Source: an uncultured Ectothiorhodospiraceae bacterium (GTDB lineage: Bacteria; Pseudomonadota; Gammaproteobacteria; UBA9214). From it: a stretch of 64,000 nucleotides of DNA. The notes under the pieces are model-generated. The model was not told the DNA's origin. It made no database searches and worked only from the letters and a program-made list of their open reading frames with translations. The translations under genes were made by a program, and so were the position numbers. The stretch spans positions 226 to 64,225 of the forward strand of contig CAMYJZ010000001.1 of NCBI GenBank assembly GCA_947258845.1, in the 5' to 3' direction. Of the stretch, positions 63,467 through 64,000 are shown piece after piece (within the stretch, counting starts at the first letter, position 1; the number at the start of each line of letters is the position of its first letter).

Positions 63467-63760
63467 ATGGACAGCACCAGTCGTTTCTGTTCTGTGTTGT
63501 TTGCCGGGCTGGTCTGGGCGGTACCGGGCGGAGCGGAGACCTTCGACCGCGGCCAGGCGCTGTATGAGAATCATTGTGTGGCCTGCCACGAAACCGCGGT
63601 GCATACGGGTGCCGAACGCCGTGCGACCTCGCGCCGCGATATTCGCAAGTGGGTGACGACCTGGAACTTTCATGCCGGGCTGGGCTGGTCGGACGAGGAT
63701 GTCGAGGATGTGACTGATTTTCTGAACCGGCGTTTTTACCGGTTCGTGGATCAGCTCTAG
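63467..63760 (+). CDS. monoheme c-type cytochrome (small, secreted)
   Basis: Signal peptide and a single CVACHE motif. Confidence 0.7.
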   Translation: MDSTSRFCSVLFAGLVWAVPGGAETFDRGQALYENHCVACHETAVHTGAERRATSRRDIRKWVTTWNFHAGLGWSDEDVEDVTDFLNRRFYRFVDQL

Positions 63761-63763
63761 CCC

Positions 63764-64000
63764 GTGACGGAGGTCCTGCCCATCGGCGAACGGCAGCGGC
63801 GGCAGGTATGCGCCGCCACCGAAGACTGCCTGCGCCGCGCTGCCGGGATCTGCCGGATCGAGTTTCCCGCCATTGATATCCGCTTCGATCTGAGCGGCCG
63901 GGCCGCGGGCATGTACCGCGTGCGCCAGGGCCGGCGCTGCATCCGCTATAACCCCTATATACTTGCCCGCTACTTTGACGAGGGCCTGGCCGAGACAGTG
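63764..64000 (+). CDS. sprT: SprT family protein, N-terminal part (partial, continues beyond window)
   Basis: GTG start; ...AAGMYRVRQGRRCIRYNPYILARYFDEGLAE... is similar to the SprT N-terminus. No stop within the window. Confidence 0.55.
   Translation, partial: MTEVLPIGERQRRQVCAATEDCLRRAAGICRIEFPAIDIRFDLSGRAAGMYRVRQGRRCIRYNPYILARYFDEGLAETV

Overview
This 64 kb window of a high-GC (about 63-65% GC) proteobacterial chromosome is gene-dense and looks mostly like core genome. I found no tRNA, rRNA, CRISPR array, integrase or transposase.

Confidently recognisable housekeeping genes:
- A three-gene minus-strand operon: GltD-like NADPH oxidoreductase, homodimeric pyruvate:ferredoxin oxidoreductase (1201 aa), DHOD-like flavoprotein.
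- Two PPK2 polyphosphate kinases (one single-domain, one two-domain).
- metA, gltA, degP/degQ, ahcY, pcm, rapA, trxC, arfB, yajD, hemH, greB, rdgC, and a sprT start at the window end.
- A YhiN-family flavoprotein, a U32 peptidase, two c-type cytochromes, a dienelactone hydrolase, a PLD-family lipoprotein and CBS-domain proteins.

Less ordinary content:
- An OmpR-type two-component system divergent from a pspA-like / polytopic membrane protein / secreted vWA operon (Lia/Psp-like envelope-stress architecture).
- A NERD-domain membrane protein heading a three-gene operon with two uncharacterised proteins.
- A FIST sensor / aliphatic amidase / Xre-MbcA-ParS-type antitoxin-like (DUF2384) / SGNH hydrolase cluster, where the antitoxin-like protein pairs with a hydrolase rather than a RES toxin.
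- A coiled-coil bitopic protein with a lytic transglycosylase (SLT) domain and an internal tandem repeat.
- A His/Tyr/Arg-rich glycine-zipper periplasmic protein behind a very AT-rich promoter region.
- A 350 bp AT-rich island containing a 52-codon hydrophobic ORF.
- A MASE1-PAS-GGDEF diguanylate cyclase followed by a ClpP-fold periplasmic protein whose signal peptide has no canonical start codon in frame.

Many long antisense and alternate-frame ORFs in the supplied track overlap these genes. I rejected them as high-GC artefacts. The track translates GTG/TTG starts as M, so several track ORFs carry N-terminal extensions; where a clear internal ATG/RBS, signal peptide or homolog N-terminus was visible I trimmed to it.
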